64,000 bases of DNA from the NCBI GenBank assembly GCA_023247725.1, contig JAHFFW010000007.1, positions 12,243-76,242 of the forward strand. The letters are read 5' to 3'. Both the position numbers and the translations under genes were made by a program. Positions 30,597 through 42,798 of the stretch are shown here, piece after piece. The notes beneath the pieces were generated by a model. The model was not told the origin of the DNA and did no database searches. It worked only from the letters and a program-made list of their open reading frames with translations. Numbering within the stretch: the first letter of the stretch is position 1; each line of letters opens with the position of its first letter. Source of the DNA: Candidatus Omnitrophota bacterium. GTDB taxonomy: Bacteria > Omnitrophota > Gorgyraeia > Zapsychrales > JAHFFX01.

Positions 30597-32332
30597 ATGA
30601 CCTTTTCCTGATATTGCGGAGTATAATCGACGCTGGCTCCAGGGACGCTGTATTCATAAGGGCCGCGATAAACTTTTGGATCAAAGGCAAAATTTCCGTG
30701 CGGGGGCGGGGTCGCGGTTGCCCACTCGAGGGTCGTTGAACCCCAGGGGTTATCGTTGACCTTTTCTCCACCCTTTAAACTCAGCAGAATGTTAATGATA
30801 AAGGGGATTTGGAACAAGGCCATGATCCAAGCGGCATAAGACATAACCCCATTTAAATGCATGACCCCCTGGGCATGCGAATACTCCATTCCTCCGTCGT
30901 ACAACCGGCGCGAGACGCCGGCCAGGCCTTGAATCAACATCGGCATAAAGAGAAAATTCATGCAAACGAGCGTCGGCCAGAAATGCAGGTGCCCGAGAAA
31001 TTCATTCATTTTTCTACCGGTTAGCTTTGGATACCAATAATAAATTCCAGCAAACAGCGCAAAAATTGTTCCGGGTGCCACAATATAGTGGAAGTGTCCA
31101 ATGACATAATAAGTGTCGTGCAGATGGATATCCGGCGTCGATAAGCCCAACGGCAAACCAGTCAATCCCCCAATCCCGAACATCGGCAGGAATGCCAAGG
31201 CAAAGAGCATCGGTGTATTGAAGCGAATAGATCCTCCCCACAATGAGAGAAACAGTGCCGTAAGAATGATGACCGATGGGATGGAAATGATCATGGTGGT
31301 CGCTTGAAAGAACGAGCTGATTCCGGTTCCCATGCCCGTGATATACATATGGTGCGCCCAAACAATAAAGGACATAAATCCCAAAAAGATAAGAGAAAAA
31401 ACCATCGCCTTATATCCCCAGAGAGGCTTTCGACTGTTATTGGCAATGATTTCCGAGACGATCCCCATCGCCGGCAGAATCAAGACATAGACTTCGGGAT
31501 GAGCCAGGAACCAGAACAAGTGCTGCCAAAGAAGCACGCTTCCCCCTCCGCTGATTTGCAGGGGCTGGCCGCTCACCATCAGACCGCTCGGCATAAAAAA
31601 ACTCGTGTGCGCGACGCGGTCCATCAATTGCATGACGGCAGCTGCTTCCAGGGGAGGAAACGCTAATAATAAGAGAAAGGCGGTAATGAATTGGGCCCAG
31701 ACAAAAAAGGGCAATTTCATGAAGGTCAAGCCCGGTGCCCTCATTTGGATAATCGTTGTGAGGAAGTTCACCGCTCCCAACAAAGACGAGGTGATGAGAA
31801 AGACCATCCCAATGATCCACATGGTCTGACCCATCGTGGAGATAACCGCCAGTGGCGCATAAGAAGTCCACCCTGCCGCCGCGGCCCCACCGGGGACAAA
31901 GAAGCTGGCGAGCATGATGACGCCCCCGATAAAATAAGCCCAATAACTCGCGAGATTGATTTTGGGGAAAGCCATGTCCGGTGCACCAATCATTAAGGGG
32001 ATCAAAACATTGCCATAGGCGCCCACCGCCAATGGCACGATTCCCATAAACACCATGATCGTTCCGTGCATGGCTCCCAATTGATTATAGAGTTCCGGAA
32101 GCATGACCCCGTCCGGCATGCGGGATTCGCCAAACCACTTGCCAATAACCGGCAAGGCCACACCCGGATAGGCCAGCTGCCAGCGCATGAGCATGACGAG
32201 GCAAAAACCAAAAAAAAGGAAAAACAAGGCGGTAATTCCGTACCACAAACCGATCATTTTGTGGTCGGTATTAAACACATATTGACGCCAAAACCCAACT
32301 TTTGGGTGATGAGCGTTATGATCTGAGGTCAT
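30593..32332 (-). CDS. ctaD: cytochrome c oxidase subunit I (heme-copper oxidase, A-family)
   Basis: 579 aa, 12+ TM, WAHHMY, GHFHYI, HDTYYV motifs (heme a, heme a3-CuB ligands). Confidence 0.9.
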   Translation of the reverse strand: MTSDHNAHHPKVGFWRQYVFNTDHKMIGLWYGITALFFLFFGFCLVMLMRWQLAYPGVALPVIGKWFGESRMPDGVMLPELYNQLGAMHGTIMVFMGIVPLAVGAYGNVLIPLMIGAPDMAFPKINLASYWAYFIGGVIMLASFFVPGGAAAAGWTSYAPLAVISTMGQTMWIIGMVFLITSSLLGAVNFLTTIIQMRAPGLTFMKLPFFVWAQFITAFLLLLAFPPLEAAAVMQLMDRVAHTSFFMPSGLMVSGQPLQISGGGSVLLWQHLFWFLAHPEVYVLILPAMGIVSEIIANNSRKPLWGYKAMVFSLIFLGFMSFIVWAHHMYITGMGTGISSFFQATTMIISIPSVIILTALFLSLWGGSIRFNTPMLFALAFLPMFGIGGLTGLPLGLSTPDIHLHDTYYVIGHFHYIVAPGTIFALFAGIYYWYPKLTGRKMNEFLGHLHFWPTLVCMNFLFMPMLIQGLAGVSRRLYDGGMEYSHAQGVMHLNGVMSYAAWIMALFQIPFIINILLSLKGGEKVNDNPWGSTTLEWATATPPPHGNFAFDPKVYRGPYEYSVPGASVDYTPQYQEKVI

Positions 32333-32344
32333 CTAAGGGAAGGA

Positions 32345-33055
32345 TTATTTGCTTGCTTTCGAAAAAGTGAAATCAACAACCTTGGTCTCGGGGCCGGCGA
32401 CGGTCACCGAAGCCGTCTTGGTGCCGAGTTTTTCGTGCCAGGCCTCAATTTCATAAGTCCCGGGTTCAAGATTCTCGATCGTGAATTTGCCATCGGTCTT
32501 CGTCGTTGAGAAAAACGGATGCTCCATGACGGCCATATAGGCCCCCATCCAGGGATGCACATCGCATTTGATGGAAAACATGGGCTCGGGTTTGTCAAAG
32601 ACCTTTTCAACCTCTGTCCGAGTCTTGGGCATGGCGAGATTGAATTCTTCATTCACTTTGCACAGGGCATGGACGTTATGCAGCGTACCATCAGGATTCA
32701 ATACTTTTAAAGGCTGCCCAACCATAATGCCTAAGACGTGTGGCGAGTACTGACAGCCATTCTGATCAAAGGTCACGGCTTCTTTGGGCGCCGGATACGG
32801 CTTAGCGGGCAATCCGCTTTTGACGTAGACAAAGACGTTCGCCATGGTATTCCCCTCACCCACCACGAGGTTCTCTGGATAAACAGGAGACGTGTGATGA
32901 GAAAGACAAATAGGATCAGCATCCATCTTGATTTCTTTGAATTTCGGCACCTCTCCGTCATATTTGATCGTACCGGTCACCGTCCCGGCACAAGCCGGCC
33001 GGACGATCAAACCACAAAAAACCATCGCAGCAAGAAAAAATTTGGCCTTATGCAT
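32345..33055 (-). CDS. secreted cupredoxin-domain protein (putative blue-copper electron carrier), 236 aa
   Basis: Signal peptide MHKAKFFLAAMVFCGLIVRPACA; type-1 copper pattern H(NVH)...C-x2-H-x2-M (CDVHPWM) as in amicyanin/pseudoazurin; no CxxCH; ATG with AAGGAAAGGA RBS; 12 nt upstream of coxA. Confidence 0.5.
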   Translation of the reverse strand: MHKAKFFLAAMVFCGLIVRPACAGTVTGTIKYDGEVPKFKEIKMDADPICLSHHTSPVYPENLVVGEGNTMANVFVYVKSGLPAKPYPAPKEAVTFDQNGCQYSPHVLGIMVGQPLKVLNPDGTLHNVHALCKVNEEFNLAMPKTRTEVEKVFDKPEPMFSIKCDVHPWMGAYMAVMEHPFFSTTKTDGKFTIENLEPGTYEIEAWHEKLGTKTASVTVAGPETKVVDFTFSKASK

Positions 33056-33133
33056 AGTCCTTTCCTTTCTTTTATCTGTTCCCTGCAAGGGGTTTAGTGC
33101 ATTTTACTAAAAATTTTTTAAGATGATTGTGTT

Positions 33134-33162
33134 AGTCTACGTCAGGGCTTTTTGTTTGTCAA
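33134..33162 (-). promoter_or_regulatory. candidate promoter TTGACA-N17-TAGACT for the oxidase operon
   Basis: Read on minus strand ~70 nt upstream of cupredoxin ATG. Confidence 0.3.
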
Positions 33163-33191
33163 GAATCGTTTTGGTTTTTCTATGGGTTTTT

Positions 33192-33521
33192 CTAAATATT
33201 TTTCATTTCTTGAAAAAATTTAATGAGAACAACGATTCCGGCCAAAGACGTGACGGACATTAAACGAGGATCAACCATGGGTTTCTTCCAGAAGTAACGA
33301 GAAATGGACAGCGTCAGGACTTTCCAAATCACCGCTCCAATTTTCAAGGACAAGGAGACGTCGGAAAATAAAAGAACAATCACGACCAGGCCAGCGATCA
33401 AATTGGGCAGACCCAAATGAAATTTGCGCAGGTTGTTTTTTAAGGCATCTTGAGGCAGGATCCAAAAAATTAATGGATAGAAGACCGCGAATGCCAGGGC
33501 CGTCAAAAGACTAATCGTCAT
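33192..33521 (-). CDS. hypothetical small membrane protein (109 aa, 3 TM)
   Basis: ATG start, hydrophobic helices; located between atpC and oxidase operon; no family recognised. Confidence 0.35.
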   Translation of the reverse strand: MTISLLTALAFAVFYPLIFWILPQDALKNNLRKFHLGLPNLIAGLVVIVLLFSDVSLSLKIGAVIWKVLTLSISRYFWKKPMVDPRLMSVTSLAGIVVLIKFFQEMKNI

Positions 33522-33616
33522 TTTTAGCGTGTTGTTTCATAAGACCAGCTGCTATGGACAGTCAAGGAAAAATTTAAACGAAGTGATCTGGAATTGAATG
33601 AAGTCTTACCTTAAAG

Positions 33617-33895
33617 TTAGAGCGAGTCAGCGGCGACCGCATCCAACAGCAGCGTGGCCCGATTTTTGGAGACTTCCAGAAATCCGCCTTTGAGGCTGTT
33701 GACTTCCAATGTTTCACCAGACTCTTTTCTGACCGTGACCTTGCCCGGGTCAAGGATCGAAAGAATGGGTGCGTGATTGACGAGTATCCCCAGATACCCT
33801 TCTTGTCCGGGAGCGATTAAAGAAACCGCAGGACCATGGAAAACGGTTTTGGCGGGGGTGATGACGGTTACGGTGAAATGATGCGGTGAATCCAT
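33617..33895 (-). CDS. atpC: F1 ATP synthase epsilon subunit (short, N-terminal beta-sandwich only)
   Basis: 92 aa, typical epsilon N-domain pattern; immediately downstream of atpD. Confidence 0.85.
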   Translation of the reverse strand: MDSPHHFTVTVITPAKTVFHGPAVSLIAPGQEGYLGILVNHAPILSILDPGKVTVRKESGETLEVNSLKGGFLEVSKNRATLLLDAVAADSL

Positions 33896-33898
33896 ATT

Positions 33899-35335
<1,437 letters not shown>

Positions 35336-35360
35336 TTATTTTCTGACTTGAATTTTTTCG

Positions 35361-36233
35361 CTAACCTTTTAAAGCCTCGGCTCCGGAAACGATCTCAATC
35401 AATTCCTTGGTGATCGAGGCCTGTCGGGCTCGATTGCGCAACAGGGTGTAGCGGTCTCTTAACTCGGAGGCATTTTGCGAAGCTTTATCCATCGCGGTCA
35501 TGCGCGCCCCGTGCTCTCCGGCGGAATTTTCCAGAAAAGAATAATACAGTCGGAAAAAGAAATAACGCGGGATAAGAACGCGCAAAAGCTCAGGCTGATT
35601 CGGTTCAAAAATATAATCCGAGGTCAAGGGGTTGGCGTGAGAAAGAATGCTCTGGGCCTCAATGGGGAGAAACTTTTCAATGACCGGCAGCTGTGATAAA
35701 GGATTGATAAACCGGTTATAAGCGAGGTACACCTCATCATATTGCCCCGATTCATAAAGAGCCATCAATTCCTCGCCAATTTTAGAAGCCTGTAAGAAGT
35801 CGGGTTTAACGGTCACACCTTCATAAAAAGTTTTGACATTCCCACGGGAGCGAAAAAAAATATAGCCCCGTTTGCCGCAAAAACTCAAATCAATGCGGTC
35901 AAACCGGCGCCGATTTTCGCGAATCCAGGCAAAAATCTTTTTATTGAGATTATTGTTAAATCCTCCTGCCAGCCCGCGGTCCGACGTTAAAATAAGAATG
36001 AGGATATTTTTTACCGTGGGATGAGCCTTCAGCAAAGGATGTGACGCATGCTCGGTCGAAGCCGCCAGTCGCGACATGAGAGCCACCAGCTCCGTGGCGT
36101 AATTCTTGGCGTTTGTCTGATTGACCAGGGCCTGGCGGAGTTTGCTCGCCGCAACGAGCTTCATCGTTCGCGTGATTTTCTCAATATTCTTGAGGCTATT
36201 GAGTTTATTTTTGTATTCTTTGACGGTTGGCAT
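35361..36233 (-). CDS. atpG: F1 ATP synthase gamma subunit
   Basis: 290 aa, conserved N- and C-terminal helices (ITKELIEIVSGAEAL). Confidence 0.9.
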   Translation of the reverse strand: MPTVKEYKNKLNSLKNIEKITRTMKLVAASKLRQALVNQTNAKNYATELVALMSRLAASTEHASHPLLKAHPTVKNILILILTSDRGLAGGFNNNLNKKIFAWIRENRRRFDRIDLSFCGKRGYIFFRSRGNVKTFYEGVTVKPDFLQASKIGEELMALYESGQYDEVYLAYNRFINPLSQLPVIEKFLPIEAQSILSHANPLTSDYIFEPNQPELLRVLIPRYFFFRLYYSFLENSAGEHGARMTAMDKASQNASELRDRYTLLRNRARQASITKELIEIVSGAEALKG

Positions 36234-36333
36234 TTGGTTTCTGAATTGAACGCAGAGGATACAGATTGCACGCGGATTAAACAGATATCTGCGACCATCC
36301 GCGTTTGATCTGTTAAATCTGCGTTAACTCAAA

Positions 36334-37854
<1,521 letters not shown>

Positions 37855-37866
37855 GAATGCCTCTCC

Positions 37867-38403
37867 TTATGAGCCCATTACCGATTCTTCAAATCGGCGC
37901 AATTGTTCTTTGATTGTAAAGTCGTAAATCTGATCCCTGATTTGGACTTTAAAACCGCCCAGTAAATCCGGATCAATTTGGGTTTCAGCAGAAATGACTT
38001 TGCCGAAATGGTTCTGGAGCTTGTCGGCGATCTTTTTGATTTGATCCGCTTTTAATTCTACCGCGGAAAGAAGTCTCACCTTCAGTCTTCCTCGAGCTTC
38101 TTCATGAAGTTCATTAAAACGCTCAAAGATCTCGCTCAAATAACGCAATTTCCCTTTATTTATCAGGAAGAACAAAAATCGATAGGTCAACGGGTGCAGG
38201 CGATCTTTAAATAAATTTTCGACAACCGCCCTCCGTTTTGTTACGGGAATAATGGGATTCTGCACAAAAAATTTTAATTCCGGCGACTGGTGCATGAGTT
38301 CGGTCAAGGCTTGGATGTCTTGTCGCAGCGGGCCAAGTACGGTTTCTTCTTTCGCAAAGTCATATAAGGCTTGGGCGTAACGCTGGGCGGATTTGGACGG
38401 CAT
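37867..38403 (-). CDS. atpH: F1 ATP synthase delta subunit (OSCP)
   Basis: Start moved from TTG to ATG MPSKSAQRYAQALYDFA (typical delta N-terminus); 178 aa. Confidence 0.8.
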   Translation of the reverse strand: MPSKSAQRYAQALYDFAKEETVLGPLRQDIQALTELMHQSPELKFFVQNPIIPVTKRRAVVENLFKDRLHPLTYRFLFFLINKGKLRYLSEIFERFNELHEEARGRLKVRLLSAVELKADQIKKIADKLQNHFGKVISAETQIDPDLLGGFKVQIRDQIYDFTIKEQLRRFEESVMGS

Positions 38404-38404
38404 T

Positions 38405-38962
38405 TTATTGTTCCGGATCAAATTCCTGAATATACTTATCGATGAGCTTTTCTTGACGGGATTTGTCCAGCTCTTCTTCCATAATTTTAGTGGCTAAGGT
38501 GACGGCGGCCGAAACGCTTTCCCGGCGCAGTTGGACCTGCGCCTTTTCCACGAGTTTGGCCACCTCCTGGCTGGCATTAGTCATAAGGATGTGGGCTTCT
38601 TCTCTGGTCTTTTTTTCGATCACCCGGGCTGCTTCCACGGCCGCCTTCTGCGCCCGCTCCACAATATGCTTGGCCTTTTCATCGGCCTCCGAAAGCATTT
38701 TATTCGTCGTCAATTTCACCTGCTCAAGTTGCTCATGCGCCTTTTGCGCCTCTTCCAAGGATTTGCGGATATGCTCTTCCCTGGCGTCCAGCGCCAGGAG
38801 AATGGGTTTCCAGGCATATTTATAGAGAATCGCCAAAAGTAAAAAAAACGTGACCCAAGTAAAAATCATCATTTCGACATCGGGAGTCAAAATGTCGGCT
38901 TGGTGGGCTGGCGGATGATCGTGAGGATTGACTTCTATGGATGGAGACGATGATTCGTTCAT
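38405..38962 (-). CDS. atpF: Fo ATP synthase subunit b
   Basis: Single N-terminal TM then long charged helix; start set to ATG MNESSS 15 nt after atpE stop (track start overlaps atpE). Confidence 0.75.
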   Translation of the reverse strand: MNESSSPSIEVNPHDHPPAHQADILTPDVEMMIFTWVTFFLLLAILYKYAWKPILLALDAREEHIRKSLEEAQKAHEQLEQVKLTTNKMLSEADEKAKHIVERAQKAAVEAARVIEKKTREEAHILMTNASQEVAKLVEKAQVQLRRESVSAAVTLATKIMEEELDKSRQEKLIDKYIQEFDPEQ

Positions 38963-38979
38963 CAATCGTTCTGTCTTGA

Positions 38980-39216
<237 letters not shown>

Positions 39217-39331
39217 TTAGTCATTTTAAAATTTTTTATAATTGAGCGGATGTATTATATCCATGACTCCCATCGGTGTAAAGAATGTTTCAAATCAAAT
39301 TCCAACTTGAGGAGATCAGAGAAATAAAATT

Positions 39332-39430
39332 GGTTATCCGGTGATTGCTGATATCCGCAAATGGTGAACCGGGTATCCGGTTATTTAAATAGTCAATCCC
39401 TGATCTGCGGATACGCTTTTCCGGTTCCCC
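39332..39430. repeat. ATCCGG-rich palindromic repeat cluster (REP-like) in 245-bp gap between atpB and atpE
   Basis: ggTTATCCGGtgattgctgaTATCCGCAaatggtgAACCGGGTATCCGGTTatttaaatagtcaatccctgatcTGCGGATAcgcttTTCCGGTT; outer inverted repeat TATCCGCA/TGCGGATA flanking near-palindrome AACCGGGTATCCGGTT. Confidence 0.6.
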
Positions 39431-39447
39431 GAATCTTCCGATCATCC

Positions 39448-40209
39448 TCAGTGTTCCGGATGATACATCTGCCCCATGAAAATCGCGGACAGCAACGTAA
39501 AGATGTATGCCTGTAGAAATGACACAAAGACCTCGAGGAGAAAAATAAACAAGGCCAGGATGATCATGGGCAAAAATTTCAATCCCATGACCACAATCAA
39601 TCCAAGGAGAGAAAAGATAGCAATATGCCCCGCTAGCATATTGGCGAATAAACGGATCATCAGGGCAAAGGATTTGATAAAGACTCCGACGAATTCAATC
39701 GGAACCACAATGAACAAAATCGGCCACGGGACGCCCGAAGGAACAAAAGCCTTGAAAAAGCCAAACCGATTTTTATAAATACCTCCCAAAATCATAAAAC
39801 AAAAGGTGATGAAGGCGAGGGCCCCCGTCACATTGATATTGGCCGTCGCCGTCGCAAATAATGGAATAAGACCCATCAAATTGAGAGTCAGGATGAGAAA
39901 GAAAAAAGTACAAAATAGCGGCGTTAATCTTCTCCCGTCTTTCGCTCCCAGGAACCGGATGGCGATTTCGTCCCGGATAAAGACGACAAAAATTTCGAGA
40001 AGATTGGTAAAACCCGTGGGTGCCTGGCGATGATCTTTTTGATACACCAAGCAGAAAATGATGATCAGAAAAATCGCGTCCAAAACGAGCATGAGCCCAT
40101 GCAGGCTCACCGGCGGCGGCAAATGGATGGCACAGACGAAAGGGGGATGCCACTCCCGGGAATTCAAAACGTGATGCATGATATATTCATCGAGGTTGAA
40201 TGCGCTCAT
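39448..40209 (-). CDS. atpB: Fo ATP synthase subunit a
   Basis: 5-6 TM, conserved Arg in LFANMLAGH region; start at ATG MSAFNLDEY overlapping upstream gene stop (ATGA); track ORF has 86-aa spurious extension. Confidence 0.85.
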   Translation of the reverse strand: MSAFNLDEYIMHHVLNSREWHPPFVCAIHLPPPVSLHGLMLVLDAIFLIIIFCLVYQKDHRQAPTGFTNLLEIFVVFIRDEIAIRFLGAKDGRRLTPLFCTFFFLILTLNLMGLIPLFATATANINVTGALAFITFCFMILGGIYKNRFGFFKAFVPSGVPWPILFIVVPIEFVGVFIKSFALMIRLFANMLAGHIAIFSLLGLIVVMGLKFLPMIILALFIFLLEVFVSFLQAYIFTLLSAIFMGQMYHPEH

Positions 40210-40502
40210 GAATGCGAATGGGATAGAATACGGATTTCGAAGATTAATAAAATAAAATACGTGACCGCTAAAGACATGAGAAAAGGCAAGGCCTGGGATC
40301 GCGCCGTTCGCAAAAATAAACAAACCAGGATAAAAAGGACAACGGCTCGGACGGCATTGAAACCGACTCCTAAAACAAAAAAATGATCCAGGGATTTTCC
40401 AATGGATCTGTGTTTGATGCGCACCCCGATGAAAAAATTCAAAAAAGCCAAGGCAGCACCCAGCCAAAGGCCATTCATTCCATCAACGAGATTTTCCATA
40501 TT
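40206..40502 (-). CDS. putative ATP synthase protein I-like small membrane protein (98 aa)
   Basis: Position immediately upstream of atpB, 3 hydrophobic helices; ATG MENLVDG. Confidence 0.45.
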   Translation of the reverse strand, partial: NMENLVDGMNGLWLGAALAFLNFFIGVRIKHRSIGKSLDHFFVLGVGFNAVRAVVLFILVCLFLRTARSQALPFLMSLAVTYFILLIFEIRILSHSHS

Positions 40503-40731
40503 TTTTCTGATCGTCCGCCTGCATTCGCCGAACGATCTTCCAGACTTCATAACCGCAATAAAACAATCCCAAAAACATTCCCGTCAGAGTCCAGGCGCGG
40601 CCTCCCCCCAACGTTTGGTCCAAGCGATACCCTAAATAGGAAAAAATTGCCATCCCCGCTGCCATGTTGAATCCCAATGAGGCGGCTTCACCAAATTTTT
40701 GTAAATCTTTTCGATTGTTTTTGCTTTCCAA
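40483..40731 (-). CDS. AtpZ/AtpI-family small membrane protein (track start is TTG; true start uncertain)
   Basis: LGFNMAAGMAIFSYLGYRLDQTLGG...TLTGMFLGLFYCGY matches AtpZ/AtpI family pattern; first gene of atp operon. Confidence 0.55.
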   Translation of the reverse strand: MESKNNRKDLQKFGEAASLGFNMAAGMAIFSYLGYRLDQTLGGGRAWTLTGMFLGLFYCGYEVWKIVRRMQADDQKKYGKSR

Positions 40732-40756
40732 GAGACTGGCAATGAGGAGACGACTT

Positions 40757-41071
40757 TCAAGGAGTTTTCAAAAGTCGAAAAAGGCAAAAAATAAAAACGG
40801 CTGCCGTTACGGTCAAAAGCATCCCCGATGGCATAAAGTGACGCGTTTTAAGAAATCGCATTAAAAAGACCATGGCCAACAGCCCGTTGAGAACGGTCAT
40901 ATAGAGAAAGGTATTTCTTGGCTGATGAATGAAAAAGACACCGGCAAAAATCAGAATGGCGCAAATAAGCCCTGTAATGAGCGAGATCTGGCTGCCAGCA
41001 CGATATCCCATAAATGCCCCGACCAGGAGAAAGCATCCGTAGAAAACCAATACCCATTGATCAGAGGACAT
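40757..41071 (-). CDS. hypothetical 4-TM membrane protein (104 aa)
   Basis: ATG start; four hydrophobic helices; overlaps ferrochelatase-fusion gene end by 11 nt. Confidence 0.35.
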   Translation of the reverse strand: MSSDQWVLVFYGCFLLVGAFMGYRAGSQISLITGLICAILIFAGVFFIHQPRNTFLYMTVLNGLLAMVFLMRFLKTRHFMPSGMLLTVTAAVFIFCLFRLLKTP

Positions 41072-42455
41072 TGTTGAGCTCTTGCCTGATTTTGCTCAGA
41101 ATGGATTGTCTTTTGGAGCTGCGTCCCAGCGAATTTTCTACACAATCCGCCAGGGCATGAATAAATCCGGGATGACATTCCAGGGCCTTGCTCACCCGGA
41201 AATCTTTGATTCCAGCACTTTCGGCGACCGCGCGATATTCAATATCAATTTCACACAGGGTTTCGATGTGATCAGAAACGAAGGAAACCGGAACGACCAA
41301 TAATTTTTTGATTCCCCGTTTTGCCAAATGATTGATCATCGCCTCCGTGGATGGCTTAAGCCAACGCATTGGTCCGACGGCGCTTTGGTAGGCAATGACC
41401 CATGAGTCTTGTTTTTTAAGCCGGTCGACAATCCTGGCGACCGTTTGGGCAATCTCAAAGGCATAAGGATCACCTTCTAAAAGAAAATACAAAGGCAACC
41501 CATGGGCCGAAAACAAAAGGTAAAAATCGTCAAGGCTTTCACTGGGTTTTAATTGTTCCAGAATCCGGTCCACGAAAGCGTTAATATAGGAATCAGCCAA
41601 ATAATAGCTGCGACAAGGCAAAAAGGCTGCAGATGGATAAACCCTTTTCGCGGCCTTGTTCAAATAATGCATATTAGAGCCGGTCGTGGCAAAAGAGTTG
41701 TGGGGATAAAGACTGACGGGCAAAATATATTTTTGCCCCGAGCGCCTGATCTGGGCAAGGGTTTCCTCGGGCAATGGATCACTGTAATTAAAGGAGTAGG
41801 TGACAAATAAATTCCGCCCCCTTCTTTTAAGCTCCATTTCGAGGGCCATTGTCTGTGCTTCCGTGGAGGCATAGATGGGACTTCCACCGCCGATCAAAGC
41901 ATAACGCTTTTGGGCCTCCTGGTGCCGGGCATTGACAATGATCATCGCAAAGAGCTTCTGCGTGAGCCAAGGCCAGGGCAACCGGATGATCAAAGAATCC
42001 GAAAATAAGCGGTATAAAAAGTCTTTAACATCCGCTATGGTCTTGGGCCCTCCCATATTGAGCAGGACAACCGCAATCTCTGAGTCTGAAACGTGCTCGT
42101 TGGGTTCGGGATAAATTTTGCCGTCGGAAATATGTTCACTTTTTTCAATGTCTTCTTCTGAAACTTGCGGATGGTAAAGATATCCTCCAATCAATTGACC
42201 TGCGGCCACCATTAAAACCAAAATAGGAATCCATAGGGGAGACACATTCCATTTGATCATAAGGTAAATAATGGGAATAACCGAAGCATTGGTCCAGAAA
42301 AACCAAGCCAAAGACCAGGTCCTTGTTCGCGAGCGGAAGTATCCAAAAAGGACATTGAGAAAAAAAGTTCCGGCAATGAGGGCCAGATGGGAATATGAGG
42401 GGAAAAATTGCGTATCCATTGCGCTTAATTCTAACATAAAGTTTTCTGACTGCAA
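41061..42455 (-). CDS. hemH: ferrochelatase with N-terminal ~120-aa three-helix membrane domain (fusion)
   Basis: C-terminal 340 aa carry ferrochelatase motifs (AVVLLNMGGP, SAHGLP, VSDHIETL); N-terminal in-frame region has three clear TM helices (LALIAGTFFLNVLFGYF, WSLAWFFWTNASVIPIIYLMI, PLWIPILVLMVAAGQLIGGYLY) with no intervening stop. Confidence 0.75.
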   Translation of the reverse strand: MQSENFMLELSAMDTQFFPSYSHLALIAGTFFLNVLFGYFRSRTRTWSLAWFFWTNASVIPIIYLMIKWNVSPLWIPILVLMVAAGQLIGGYLYHPQVSEEDIEKSEHISDGKIYPEPNEHVSDSEIAVVLLNMGGPKTIADVKDFLYRLFSDSLIIRLPWPWLTQKLFAMIIVNARHQEAQKRYALIGGGSPIYASTEAQTMALEMELKRRGRNLFVTYSFNYSDPLPEETLAQIRRSGQKYILPVSLYPHNSFATTGSNMHYLNKAAKRVYPSAAFLPCRSYYLADSYINAFVDRILEQLKPSESLDDFYLLFSAHGLPLYFLLEGDPYAFEIAQTVARIVDRLKKQDSWVIAYQSAVGPMRWLKPSTEAMINHLAKRGIKKLLVVPVSFVSDHIETLCEIDIEYRAVAESAGIKDFRVSKALECHPGFIHALADCVENSLGRSSKRQSILSKIRQELNNVL

Positions 42456-42562
42456 GAGAAAGGATAAGGCCTGACGACTTCGCTCAGGCGTTCAGGTTTG
42501 ATGCTAAGGTGAATTGAAGCATCAACCCTTCGGGCGCCTCGAATGGCCAAAATCCAAATTTC

Positions 42563-42608
42563 CCAAAAAAAATTGGGCGGCCCTGAATTACCAGTGAGGG
42601 CCGCCCAA
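42563..42608 (-). terminator. intrinsic terminator downstream of hemA
   Basis: Minus strand reads CTTGGGCGGCCCT-cactggtaattc-AGGGCCGCCCAA followed by TTTTTTTTGGG; 11-bp perfect GC stem plus U-tract ~190 nt after hemA stop. Confidence 0.65.
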
Positions 42609-42798
42609 GTGATCGTCGTCCAGTTAAAGCCTTTAAGAAAGAAATTCATAGAAGACCGAAACAAAAACGAAAATCCTATTAGTTTTGCGGAGCAAAATAC
42701 TGACCAACGCATAAATAATGGTACTCGTCTTATTGTCACAAGTTGTTGCTTGCGTTGGTAGTACTGTTTCTGTAAATGTCGTATTATTTATACGGAAG

